A stretch of 63,223 nt of DNA, the filler included, from Octopus bimaculoides (Eukaryota): assembly GCF_001194135.2 (NCBI RefSeq). It is 4 parts of 4 records of this genome, joined end to end, with 100 filler letters (N's around TTAATTAATTAA, not from the genome) between each part and the next. Parts side by side here need not be neighbours in the genome. Positions count along the whole stretch, not along the records: positions 1 to 24,881 come from NC_068992.1; 3 more parts are not named here. One strand, given 5' to 3'. Shown here in pieces: positions 1-12,383 of this stretch (within the stretch, counting starts at the first letter, position 1; the number at the start of each line of letters is the position of its first letter). A program made the position numbers and the translations under genes. The notes beneath the pieces are model-generated. The model was given only the letters and a program-made list of their open reading frames with translations, was not told the DNA's origin and searched no databases.

Positions 1-262
1 ATCATAGTAGGTGCCTTAGGTATAATAAAAAAATATTCAGACAAATACATAACAAAAACACCAGGACTTACAAATATATATAGCATACAGAAAATTGCAC
101 TACTGGGTACTGCACACATTCTACGCAAAACACTTTCAATACAGTAAACATAAGAGCACCACAGCAAACCACAGCACATACCCAAGGCGCACAGAGCTGC
201 GCTCGGTAGTGAAGTGAAAGCACGTTATAAAAATAAAACTACTGAACAATAATAATAATAAT
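1..262 (+). mobile_element. 3' end of an RLE-type non-LTR retrotransposon (R4/Dong-like): C-terminal coding remnant 1-147, 3' UTR and (AAT)n tail
   Basis: Frame 1 reads IIVGALGIIKKYSDKYITKTPGLTNIYSIQKIALLGTAHILRKTLSIQ*, matching the typical C-terminus (vvGALG...lQKxaLLGTaxILRk) of restriction-like-endonuclease LINEs. It ends in an aataataat tail at ~250-262. Confidence 0.85.
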
Positions 263-482
263 AACAACAACAACATCGAAAATACCTTAGGAATGAGAAC
301 CCAGGTTCGAAATTTCCCCAAGGCACCTGAAGGAGGGTATATCAGCCGAAATATTGTGTTAACAACAAACAATATGAGGGCAAATATCAGTCGAATGTAC
401 ATAATGTAAATAATGTACATAATGTAAATAATGTACATAATGTAAATAACGTACATAATTCCTCATCTCTTAATTATAGAAC
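263..482 (+). mobile_element. Penelope-like terminal repeat fragment with a decayed minimal hammerhead motif and an internal 18-bp tandem repeat
   Basis: gcac-CTGA...CAGCC-GAAA-TATT-gtgt at 323-359 has stem I gcac/gtgt but lacks the 5' strand of stem II. An (aatgtacataatgtaaat) repeat of ~3.5 copies lies at ~394-460. Confidence 0.5.
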
Positions 483-1045
483 TCTAAGTTACTATTAAAA
501 AAAATAGAGTAACTAAAGAATAATACACTACACCAAAAGAGGATATGCCAGTTACAGAAAAGACCTGAACATAACTAAAAGAAATGGGAAAGCAAAACCT
601 TTAAATTTCCAAGATCAAATCACAAATATTGATTATTTCATGCTTCTCTGGAGAACATGAAACTCAAGAGTACATAACAATCTGTAACCGTCAAAAAATG
701 TCATCGTGGTACTACCTTCTGCGATTTAATATTTTTCGAAAAGCAATATACAATATCATTCACAGAGATTACTGCCCCGGGATAATATGAACAGCAATTA
801 AATAGAAACACAGGGGAGCAAACGGAAAATTCACACGAGACACGGATTGAATTATATAAATACGACGTTACACCACGAAACAATTCTCAGTATATTCTGG
901 GACTGTATGATATATTCTACCATGTATTTTACAATAAACTGGCTTTGAGCGTTCTTGTCTTTTATATACGATGATAGCACATATATACCACACATACAAA
1001 TATGTGCATTATCAAGCTTAAGTCAAAACACAGAAATAATATTTT

Positions 1046-1204
1046 CTACTCTAGGCACAAGGCCTGAAATTAAGGGAGAGGAAGCTAGTCGATTACATCG
1101 GCGCCAGTACACAACTAGTACTTATTTTATCGAACCCGAAAAGAAGGAAAGGTAAAGTCAACATCGGCGGCATTTGAGCTCAAAACGTAAAGACGGACGA
1201 AATG
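1046..1204 (-). mobile_element. SINE family A (tRNA-derived), 5'-truncated
   Basis: Reverse complement of the full copy at 27900-28110, including the B box and the ccttgtgcctagagtag tail. Confidence 0.85.
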
Positions 1205-1395
1205 TTTCATGTACGTAATAATAAACCCACAATTATATACAGGCATATGCACGCTAGTATACGTAAACACTTACTTTGGTGTAGAGGGTGTAGTATCCAT
1301 ATATTTATGTGTAGAGGGTATAGGTGTTACCGTCTATAGAAGCGACAAGAACGCTCAACACTAGTATGGCAGAGTTTATTGCGGAGCAGATATAA

Positions 1396-2520
1396 TATCA
1401 GGCTGAGTAAAAAGAAAGCAACGTTTTGAAACATGAAATTCATCACAATATATTTCAACAATTCGGAAATTTTATTCACCAAAGTAAGCGCCATTACAAT
1501 CAATACATTTTTGCCAACGAGTAACAAGTTTGTTTATTCCGCTAACATAAAAATCTGGAGTTCTGGAGCTGCTGAAATCTTTGAACGCACTACCAGCATC
1601 GGTTTGATTTTTTAACTCCATCTCTTGCAGGAAACCATCAAGGTGCTTGAAAAAGTGGTAGTTGGTAGGAGAAAGGTCTAGGGAATAAGCTGGATGGGGA
1701 AGAACTTCGTAGCCAAGTTCCCTCAACTTCTGGAGCGTCGTTAGGGAAACGTGTGGTCGAGCATTGTCATGAAGGATGATTGGTCCTATTCTGTTGACCA
1801 GTCTGGGACGGAGGAGGAGCAAAGTTTCGTTCATTTTGGCAATTTCATGGCAATATGTTTCTGCAGTAATAGCTTTTCCGGGTTTAAGAAGTTATAGTGG
1901 ATGGGTCCAGCAGTACACCACCAAACAGTCACCATAACCTTCTTTTTGAAGAGCTTGGGTTTAGGGAAGGTTTTTGGTGCTTCATTTTGATCAATCCACT
2001 GCGAAGAACTTTTCTTATTATTGTACAGAATCCACTTTTCATCGCAAGTTACACTACGGTCCGGTCGTGAAATGAATCAGTCTGGTTACGGAGAATAAGC
2101 GACGAGCAAATTTCATATCTGAGCATTTTCTGATTTTCATTCAAATCGTGTGATACACATTTGTCGAGCTTTTTTGATTTTCCGATCACATGCAAATGGT
2201 TGCAGGCAGTGTTCTGGCTAACCTGAAGTTCTTTCGCCAATTTTCGAGTAGTTTTATGCGGATCTTTCTCAATGACGGTCTTTAATTGACCGTCATCGAT
2301 GACAGATGGGTGTCCACTACGCTTACGATCTTCAAGGCTCAGGTCTCCACTGCCATATCGTTTAAATCCTTTTCGAGTTGACCACTAACTGGTCAATTCC
2401 TCACCAAACATTTTGTTGATATCGCGAGCAATTTCAGCTGCTTTACGTCCTTTTATGAAGTTGAATAGCAAAATTGCTCGAATATTGCGCTTTGACAGTT
2501 CTATTTCAGATGATTGAAAC
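1396..2520 (-). pseudogene. Decayed mariner (Hsmar1/cecropia-like) DD34D transposase
   Basis: Minus-strand pieces: ELSKRNIRAILLFNFIKGRKAAEIARDINKMFG (HTH, start ~2504), CVSHDL (WVPHEL-like), VTCDEKWILYNN (first D), LHDNARPH (second D), YSLDLSPTNYHFF (third D changed to N) and RWQKCIDCNGAYF*. It has frameshifts and stops. A TA-TCAGGCTGAGTAAAAAG TIR-like end lies at 1396; the other TIR is not confidently seen. Confidence 0.95.
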
Positions 2521-5296
2521 AACGGTGAAAAAAAATCAATGTTAATTTATTGATGCATTTGGGCAGGTCTATGTCTGTATTATCGAACAATTGCAAAGAA
2601 ATGTTTAAAAACAATTCAAAACTCTGTAAAAATCCGGTACAGATAGAATATGTTATGCACTCCCCATAATAGACTACGAATTCAGTTTTTATACTCGAAC
2701 TCTACTTACAATCAAGGTGGCTGGAAGTTGAGTTCACACTTGAAGAGTGAATAAAGTAAATTGACGCTAGATTCTCAAGATAAGTACTGAGGTACTTAGT
2801 TACTTAAATAACTGTCCCATCATGTATTTAAAGTAATCGTATGTATTCATATATTTAACTATTTGTGGTAGATTTTTCATCTGCGTGTTGCTGTTGCCTA
2901 TAAAATATATATATTGTGAAAATTTGTCATGAGAGCTCGGCACTAAGATTCCCGAATTTATCTTTGGTAAAATATCAAAGTTAAAAACAGATTGAAATCA
3001 GCTTAACAGCTTCCATTCAATACACAGGCGTATTTTTCTAATTTTAAACATTCCAGATATTATATAACACCGAACAACGAGGTTCACATTTCCCAGAACA
3101 GTTTCTATAATTTTCACAGGACAAATTTTGTATATATAATTTGCAGTAGTTTAGTTTGACATCTTTCCGTTTTTATGATGCTCTCAAATGATTTGTGAAA
3201 TTTGTCTAGCAACATACGCATATCCCTTTCCCTCAAACCGATAAAACTTCTTTTTCTACAATTGCATAATTGTAAGCTAAATTCTAGTATATATATATTA
3301 TATACGCAATTTTGTTAGGGGGGAATAAATATAACTGTTATCGATTTAATCTGGTTTTTGAATGTTTCATTGCTGCGAACACAGTCTACAAATTGGATTG
3401 GCAACTTGAGCGCAGCCTATATGCCACTGAGAAAACTTTAATAAAGAACGTCTACTTTTTACATCATAACCTAAATTCTATTTACTATTTATGACTCAAC
3501 GTATTTTCTATATTAGGAACGTAATTTCAGTTTCATAACTAAGAACACTTTTTGGTGGAATAAACATTATTACTCACACCATAGGTCGCAGGCATACAAG
3601 CACACAAACGTGCACACACACATGCACACATACATACACAAATATATATTACTAAGATGCATACATATATACATATTGGCACACGCGTGTGTATGTATGC
3701 TATATGCTATAATACACATATGTATATGTATGTGTCTGTTGTATGTGTTTGTGCGTGTGCGTGTGCGTGTGTATAGTTCCTAATGGACATCATCTGCGCT
3801 GCATTATACGACTCTATCAGATCTTCTGTGTTAGCTGTTTAATGCTTTATTTTATTTTTTCGCTTTCTTTTCCCTGTCTTTCTAGTCAAGAAAATAACAA
3901 CATCGAGGAAGTAAGGCGCCAGCCTTCTCAAAAGGGAGTAATTTTTGTTTGTATTTTAAGCGATTATCAATATTCTTTGTCTAGTAATGTAAATAAAGTG
4001 AGAGATATAAGTTGTTCTTTTCTTTATATTTCCCAAGTTCCTCAATTCAAAAGGTGATGGAGAACGATGCGTATTTTTCATGAGTATTCTTAGTTTGTTC
4101 TCGTTATTGACTTTATTTGGACCAGACAATGCTATTACACAAGATGTAAATATAAATTACCCGCTTCTATAATGTAATTAAAATTACGGCTATTTTCACT
4201 TAGCATTTACAGTGTTGTATTCATAAATCTTAAAGTCTAAATTCAGTTTGTTTAGGCATTTGGAATAGTAACACATACTAAATAAACAGAATGATGACAA
4301 GATTAACATAAAATATGACGTTAATATCGTAATGAAATACAAAATACAAGATGACTCCAAGTTTTTAATTAAAATTTAATTCAGTTAACATCTCTTTGAA
4401 ATTCTGCGAATGATATTATGCATACTGTCTCCATTTTGCCTCACGCAGGCAGGATTGAGCAGATTTCTAGCCATTTATCACCAAATTATGAATGTGATGC
4501 TTTCAAAGTCACACCCATTTTCCCCATCATAGGTGGTGGTGATTTATCTTCCCTCTAGCGATATAAACAAGAGTACATTTTGCACCAAAAGCCAATATAA
4601 GAGTTTCTCTTATGGTAACTACCGCAGTTTAGTTTGTTCTGGCAGAAAATTAATTTTAAAGGGGACACAGATATCAATATTAAATTCTTTAGGATATATT
4701 CTTTCCACATAGGGAAATGGAATCGATATATGCAAGTAGTATCATGATATTGTTACCGAATATAAATGAATCTCGCTCCATACTAATGTATCTTCAAAAA
4801 GGAATTTTTCCACGAATGACGAGATGGAGTAAAGATTTACGATTTTACAATGAAGTAGTTTATAGAAGGGTTTATTATGATTAAATGCTAATTTCAAACA
4901 GACAGAGATTGGCAATCATAATAAGCGTCCCCATTGCAGTGATAAATTCTCCAATTGCTGATATGACAAAATGCACACCTGACATATGGTAGAAATATAC
5001 GTATCACAAGATAAAACAGTTTCGCTCATGCTATCAAATGCTATGCCAGTGTGCAGCCAACTTCATATTACACAAGTGAATTGTGATAGTCGTGGTGGCC
5101 TTCGTTTAGGATGGTCGCAGTTATATACCTTCATAAAAAACAATCGGTAAACAGGTCTTTTTGTTCATTTTCCGACCAAGCAAGAGATGGAAAATTTCAA
5201 TTTCCGCTTCATGCTACGTTATTTTGATACTGAAAATAAAGAAACATTATGATTTTGAACATATAGGCGCGCGCATATATACACACACACACACAT

Positions 5297-5328
<32 letters not shown>

Positions 5329-5392
5329 TCACACACACACACACACACACTCGCACACGCACACACGCACTTACATACCTGTAGACTCACAT

Positions 5393-5466
5393 AGAATGTA
5401 ACGACGGACGAAATCCCGTTAAGCATTTTGCCCGGCGTGCTAACGATTCTGCCAGCGCACTGCCTT
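5393..5466 (-). mobile_element. SINE family A head fragment
   Basis: Reverse complement of the A-box region ggcagaatcgttagcacgccgggcaaaatgctt. Confidence 0.75.
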
Positions 5467-5939
5467 AAATATTTCAGAATATTAAAAGCGCATCACCATT
5501 TCTGTCTAAAGGTTTTGCCCCATTGTAAAGGAATGATACGAACTAAATGAAACCTTTTAATGCTCACTTCATTTCACACAATGTATAGAGCTTTAGTTTA
5601 TTTAGAAAAAAGAAAAATATCAATATTTTAGTTCACTTTTCAAATTTAACTCGAAAAAAAATTCCCAATTATTTCAAGATCACATTCAACTGGAGGTGAG
5701 ATCGAAAATAGTGTTTCACTTTTGTCTCCGAATACATTTCATAAGAAGTGATTTGTGATGACAACGCATTTCTCCAGGTGTCGATAGCATAAGCTGTTGA
5801 ACGGTAGTACATCGTTCTTACTCGCACGGTTGGCAGCTCTTTTTACTAAACAGTGGGACCAATAAATAAATGAAATTGGAAGTACCTTTATTGATAGAAA
5901 CATGCACGCAGGCGTACAAGAACCGAAATCATTTGAAAT

Positions 5940-6002
5940 AAAATGTGTACAGATGCACACGCAAAATCACGCACATATAGTATATCTATTACAGTATATA
6001 TG

Positions 6003-6038
<36 letters not shown>

Positions 6039-6062
6039 TATATATGTATATATCTATATATA

Positions 6063-6148
<86 letters not shown>

Positions 6149-6260
6149 CATACATATATATACATACACAGACAACCTCCGAACGTTATTCACATTCACA
6201 TACTCTCCCCCCTCTCTCTCTCACACACATACACACACATACACACATATACAACATATA
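5940..6260. repeat. Compound microsatellite (TACA)n/(TA)n/(TC)n/(CA)n, representative of dozens of similar tracts across the window
   Basis: Directly visible simple repeats. They generate the spurious YIYI/HTHT/SLSL ORFs. Confidence 0.95.
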
Positions 6261-7026
6261 CAAATGTGTGACAAACGAACGGAAATCGTGAGAAAAGGCA
6301 AATAGCTGGAATGGTACTTATTGATTAACAGGCTGACAGAATCCCCCATGTGATTAAAATTTTCGTGAACTTGAAATCCCGTGGATATATATTCACGAAA
6401 TTTTAAGTGACACGAGAAATACATTCACACATACACACACACACACACACATTTAATTATAAATATATAACTATAATTAACGGCTTTGGAGGGACAACGA
6501 TAATACGCTAGAAGTAGATGTCAAATATCTACAAACCACCCTAATTTTTTTTCTACTTTTTTACACAAGATTGAATACGAGGCAATGGAGAAGAATATTT
6601 ATAAAACTTCTGACAACACTAAATCTTAAGATTTCGTGTTTTGTAATAAAAGTTACTTTACACCCTTCAGTAGACGCATACCGAAAATATGTAAGTGAAA
6701 TCTATATGTACATGTCGATAAATACTTGCGTACATATACCAATCTATACATACATTTTTCACGTATACATTATATCTAATCTTCCATCTCGTCCATGCGG
6801 CTACTGCCAGAATAGTCCCGGAGCAAATATAATGACCAGGGAACACCAAATTATATATGCGTATAAATTGAGGATATAATCTTTAAAATGATTATACCAG
6901 TGGCCAGTGTATAAAAAAAAAAAACATATCGATAAAACTAGTATTTAAGTATATAATTATAGATATATTTATAAATGTACAAATATATTACAAATATATA
7001 TATATATATATATATAAAGATAAAAA

Positions 7027-7287
7027 TAAGATGATTATTCACTTTCGAACGCCGTTATAACAGCAGAAGCATTAGGGGAATCACCTTTACGAAACGAGAA
7101 AATTTGTCAATAAACAGCTATGGGACTCGAATCTATATCTCTTTAAGACTCCGGCCAAGTGCTTTACGATTAAGCTAAACTGCCCGCCAACAAATTAACC
7201 CGTGTTTAAATAGTTTTTAAAGCTAAATGTGCAAGCAGACATATATATAGATACAAACAGGATCTAGTCTTTTTTATTCGCAAAATG
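7027..7287 (-). mobile_element. Repeat family E with an internal tRNA-like module (copy 1)
   Basis: The minus strand reads gggcagtttagcttaatcgtaaagcacttggccggag...gattcgagtccc (A/B-box-like) and is homologous to 8900-9335, including sequence upstream of the tRNA-like part. Confidence 0.6.
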
Positions 7288-7658
7288 AGCCCCCTTTAAT
7301 TTTGCTTAGAATGCTTTGAATTTTGGTGTATCGATGCAAATCTGAATTTTGATTACAACCAACAAATTACTTTATCTCGTAAATTAAAGAATCTGATGTT
7401 TTGGGGGATTAAATTTGGGAGATTTGGATAAATTTAACCCATCAACAAACAGCGTGGCATTAGCAGCTTGTTACCATAACAACTGCACGCTATTTTGTGG
7501 TTCATTTCACTGTTGACTGTACCGCACGTTGTTCTATGTTAATTTTTCACATTTGATTCTTTACACCACGAGAATCTTTTCACCCGCGCATTCTGTTTTA
7601 ATTTTTCTGCGTGTTAGCATATTACATATTTTACTGTGCTTCTATGTGTTAGTGTAAA

Positions 7659-7977
7659 GGCGCATAACTTAGTGGTTAGGACATTCGGCTCAGGATCGTA
7701 AGATCGTGAGTTCAATTCCCGGCGACGCGTTGTGTCCTTGAGCAAGACACTTTATTTCAAATTGCTCTAGTTCACTCAGCTGGCAAAAATGAGTAGTACC
7801 TGTATTTCAAAGGGCTGGCCTTGTCACACTCTGTGTCACGCTGAATCTCTCTGACAACTACGTTAGGGGTACACGTGCCTGTGGATTTCTCAGTCACTTG
7901 AGCGTTAATTTCACGAGCAAGCTCTTCCGTTGATCGTATCAGCTGGAACCTTCGTCGTCGTAACCGACGGAGTGCTC
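7659..7977 (+). mobile_element. SINE family C, full length (tRNA-like head, central domain, LINE-like tail)
   Basis: A box TAACTTAGTGG and B box GAGTTCAATTC, central gcgttgtgtccttgagcaagacac, and a terminal stem-loop cgtcg-taac-cgacg. It is flanked by a candidate TSD, tatgtgttagt. Confidence 0.85.
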
Positions 7978-8899
7978 CTATCTTATGTGTTAGTATTTTT
8001 CTGTGCTTTTCCTGTGTTAGTATTTTTACATATTGTTAATTTCATATATTTTTCATTTATATTCAGGGATTCATTGATGCAGGAAGCTGGATTTATGATT
8101 TTATTTGGTTAATTCTATTCATAAAAATTTAAATTAGGAGTTTACATAAACCATTAGCTTCACATTTCAACAGCTTAACTGAAATCTAGCCCACGTAACA
8201 AGAACTGAAAGGGATATCGTGGATCAGAGAAACTGTGGGTCATACAGATAATTTGACACTATTTATGAATTCTACATGCAAAAGCATATAAGATACAGGT
8301 ATTCTTTGCCTTGGGACAAATTCTTTGTTGACCAGTGTTATTCTAATCGTAGTTTACAAATCCAAGCATAAAAAAAACGTTACTCCGCTTTGGAATTTGG
8401 AGACACACACACAGACACACACACATGAATGCATAAATGTACATATAGACTTACATATGAATACATACATTCACATGCATTTTTATATTAATGCTGCACA
8501 CAAATACATGACAGGTATACATAATACGCATAAAGTAAACACATGCAGACAAATATATTAATATAACAAATTAAAAAAGTAATAAAAACATACAATCAAT
8601 GAAGGGACAAAAGAAACAGTAAAATGATACATGTTGATTTCATTAGGTATTTCTGTTTATTTAGACGCTAAATTATAAATTTCACAGGATACAACCTTAA
8701 AGTTGACACTGCTCCGTTAAACGCAGAAAATTTCTGTTTCGCAATTGGCTAAAAATACAGAGTCGTTCCGATTTTTAAACCGCTGTATCTTTTACTTCCA
8801 ATCTTTTCTCCACAACATCATACCTTCATAGCAATGAGACTGGAAGACTACATTATTATAGCCGATTTTCAGATTTTTTTTTACTTCCTTTTAAAGCAT

Positions 8900-9335
8900 G
8901 CATATTTTGCGAATAAAAGAAAAACTAGATCCTATAGAAAAAACTTTAGTTTGTTATATAAGCGCCGAAAAATGTATACTAAAATATAAATAAGATGAGA
9001 TATGCCGTTAGAACAGCAGAAACATTGGGTGAATTACCCTTACAAAGCGGGAAAATTTGCCAACAAACAGTTATGAGACTAGAAAGTTTCGGCGCTTATA
9101 AAAAACTAATGTTGATTTGTTCATATTTATACACACGCGGTTGTACATTTAGCTTTAAAAGCGTCTAAAAAAGAGGATTAATTCATGGATGGGCAGTTTC
9201 GCTTAATGGTAGAATACTTGGCCGCAGTCCCCAAGGGATATGGGCTCGAGTCTCAGCTTTTTGTAGACAAATTTTTTCCCGCTTCCTAAGGATAATTTAC
9301 CAAATGTTTCTGCTGTTCTAACAACTTATAAGAAA
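8900..9335 (+). mobile_element. Repeat family E composite: inverted tail copy (~8990-9085) plus forward copy with tRNA-like module 9191-9262
   Basis: GGGCAGTTTCGCTTAATGGTAG...GGGCTCGAGTCTCAGCTTTTT. The tail ttctgctgttctaac is present in both orientations. Confidence 0.6.
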
Positions 9336-9725
9336 AGAAAACAAATGCTAGTTTGTTGATATATATANNNNNNNNNNNNNNNNNNNNNNNNNNNNNNNNN
9401 NNNNNNNNNNNNNNNNNNNNNNNNNNNNNNNNNNNNNNNNNNNNNNNNNNNNNNNNNNNNNNNNNNNNNNNNNNNNNNNNNNNNNNNNNNNNNNNNNNNN
9501 NNNNNNNNNNNNNNNNNNNNNNNNNNNNNNNNNNNNNNNNNNNNNNNNNNNNNNNNNNNNNNNNNNNNNNNNNNNNNNNNNNNNNNNNNNNNNNNNNNNN
9601 NNNNNNNNNNNNNNNNNNNNNNNNNNNNNNNNNNNNNNNNNNNNNNNNNNNNNNNNNNNNNNNNNNNNNNNNNNNNNNNNNNNNNNNNNNNNNNNNNNNN
9701 NNNNNNNNNNNNNNNNNNNNNNNNN

Positions 9726-9774
<49 letters not shown>

Positions 9775-10597
9775 ACATGTGGGAGGTGCAAACTTGTACG
9801 TGTGTGTGTGTGTGTGTGTAATTATACGTATATTCTGATGTATATTCCAATGTATATGTTCATAAAATTTATCTAAGTGATGGAAAAATATATGCATGTT
9901 TAAAGTATATAGCATTGACTATACTTTATTTCGGCTTACAGCTGAAACGAATACCTTTGTAAAAGAAAAAAAGCAGATAAAAAATTAAATATTATTACAA
10001 GAATGTGTGCCACAATCTCTCAGGAAAACACGAAAGAAAGAAATGTAGCATATCGCTAAAGTGTATTAGCGAATATAAATGATTCAATTACTTGCCTTAG
10101 CACTGAATCACAAAAAATGTGTAGATATATTTTTTTACACCGAGTGTATGGATCCGACCATCGTATTCATCAAGTGCATTTGATGGAAACATATGGAAAT
10201 TTCTTTTCACTATTGCTGTGTCAATGTTAACTGAATCTTTTACCTATTTTCCGAGCTGTTACTCCTGTGCATGATTCAAGAAGGTTTACACAAGATCTTT
10301 CTTAATACCATGAAGTACAGACTATATTTCTTATTTCGCAGTTCCAGGGAGTATTTGAGGTACTTTGAGGCATTTTCTTTCAATAGTTTTCTTTACAAAT
10401 AAATGTACATGTAAAAGCAAGTTGCCTATCGGTCTCATGGGTCTATTTTTTCTCTTATACACTCATTATTATGTTCGAAATGATATTGTTAACATATTAG
10501 CTAATGAAACCTAGACATTAAATTCTCAAGCTATCGTTCTTGTAAAAAGCACATGCCTAAATTGCTTTAAAATTATCTCAATGATTTTAAGGCGGAA

Positions 10598-10649
10598 GGC
10601 AGCGAGTTGGCAGAAACGTTAGGACGCCGGGCGAAATGCTTCGTGGTAT
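10598..10649 (+). mobile_element. SINE family A head (A-box half), interrupted by the Tx1 LINE
   Basis: ggcagcgagttggcagaaacgttaggacgccgggcgaaatgcttcgtggtat. The SINE resumes at 15882 with tggtatttcgtctgccgttacgtt. Confidence 0.9.
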
Positions 10650-10951
10650 AACGGCTCTGTGAGTTTGTTGGTTACGCGTCGCACATGTGTGAGTGGTGAA
10701 AATTCCTGTTTATTAGTGTTATTGTTTATAATAATTACTCTTTTATTAACTGCTGTTTCTGCTTAATTTCTAACTGCTGGAGTTTTCATTTGAAAACACT
10801 AAGTGCTTGTAGAAAGCACGCGTTTGTTCATTTCCCCGTTGGGGGGAAAGAATGTTGTCTAGCGAGAGGCCTAACATTAGAAAAGAGATGTCTGGTGAAG
10901 AGAAGAATTTTTTGTTGTGTGGCGAAGAGGCAACTACGAGAAAAAAAACGA

Positions 10952-12369
10952 ATGGATTCTCCCGAAAAAGGAATTTTTGATTCCCCCGTTACAAAAAAAG
11001 CATAACAAAATATATGAAATATTTGGAGATGTGTCTGAAAGCTCGTCAGAACTGTCACAAGAAGATTTCCCGGCTTTGTCAAAAAGTATTGTGACCAAAA
11101 GAATTATCGATGTATCCAGCATCCAGACTGAGCAAACAAAAAAGAAAAAAAAAGTTTTGCGTTGGCAGCTGGGGGTGGAACCCGGCTGCTTTCGACGAAC
11201 AAGTATGACTACATGAAATATAGAGAAATAATGGAAGTGAACGATAGCGTGGTTAAAATACAACCACCGGAGCAATTAATGCAAGAAGAAAACGGAAGAC
11301 AATAATATTTAAAACTTACTGTTTACAAAAAAGAAAAATCGAAAGATTTACAGAAGGGAAGTGTTTGAAACAAATATGGAGCGACGTATTGTATGTGACA
11401 AGAGGCAAGAAGTTTGGTACAGTTAAAGTAAGGTTTGCCAACAAGGAAATGGCACAAAAGCATTCCGTAGATACCCTGAAAACGGAAGACGTGGCGCTCA
11501 TCCCCACCTATATGGGGATGAGAACGTCTAGAATTAAAATAACAAGGGTCCCACCGGAAGTGGATCCTATGTGGGTGGTGGAGGCAGTCCTAGTCAAAGA
11601 GGAAGAGAAAATTACCCTCCTCCAGGCTGCCGTTACCGATAAAGCTAACTGGACTGGCCAAACAGTTAGTATCCTTATCCAAGCTGACCCAAAAATAATT
11701 GACGCAATTCCCGAGACAATTCAAATAGGGGACGAGAACCTGGTGGTGTTTGTTGAGGGTCGAAAACCCCGGTGTTTTTTGTGCAGCCAATTAGGCCACA
11801 TTCGAAGGAACTGCAAGGAAAATGAAGAAGACGAGGAAGAGGAGAAACAAGAAAAAGAGGAAGAAGAAAAAGAAGAAAAAGACGAGAAGAAAACAACAAA
11901 CAAGAAAAATACAATCAGGAGCTCAACCGAGAGTGGCGACTACTACAGAACAACAACCAAAAAAGACTGCAAGAAGCGAAAAAGAAGAGAAAGGCATAAT
12001 AGCCGTATATAGTAAAGATACTGAACTAATCAGAGGCATTCAATTGATTGAGACTGCAAAAAAAAAATAGATAACCTTTCGGAGAAATACAACAGTTATG
12101 ACGTGTATGAAGTCTCAAATGAGACTCATAGAATTTTACAAAACAAATACCGTAAGACAGTATCATCTATGAGACTGGACTTTAATAAGTCCATATTTAA
12201 TGGACTACCAGCCCCGATACCGCGAGAAAAAGAAAAGATGGAGACCCCACCTCCATCTGATAATTCTGTAATGAGACGGGATTTTAACAAACCTATTTCC
12301 CAAGACCTGCCACCTCAGACCCTGTATCAAGAAAAGGTGGAGAGTCTCTCTCCACCTGACAAGCCCTGA
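10952..12369 (+). pseudogene. Tx1 ORF1 (gag-like nucleic-acid-binding protein), disrupted
   Basis: The largest piece, 11365-12012, contains VFVEGRKPR-CFLCSQLGHIRRNC (CX2CX4HX4C) followed by an acidic/lysine-rich tract. Stops and frameshifts flank it. Confidence 0.9.
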
Positions 12370-12383
12370 TTAACAGGTAAGTC

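Noticed and set aside
4440-4560. Exon-like segment with a CDFE (MAM-like) tetrapeptide on the minus strand
   Set aside because: A stop codon follows within seven codons, and the match is too short to be meaningful.
7659-7730. Functional tRNA genes at SINE heads (also 9191-9262)
   Set aside because: A/B boxes are present, but the acceptor stems do not pair and they continue into SINE bodies.
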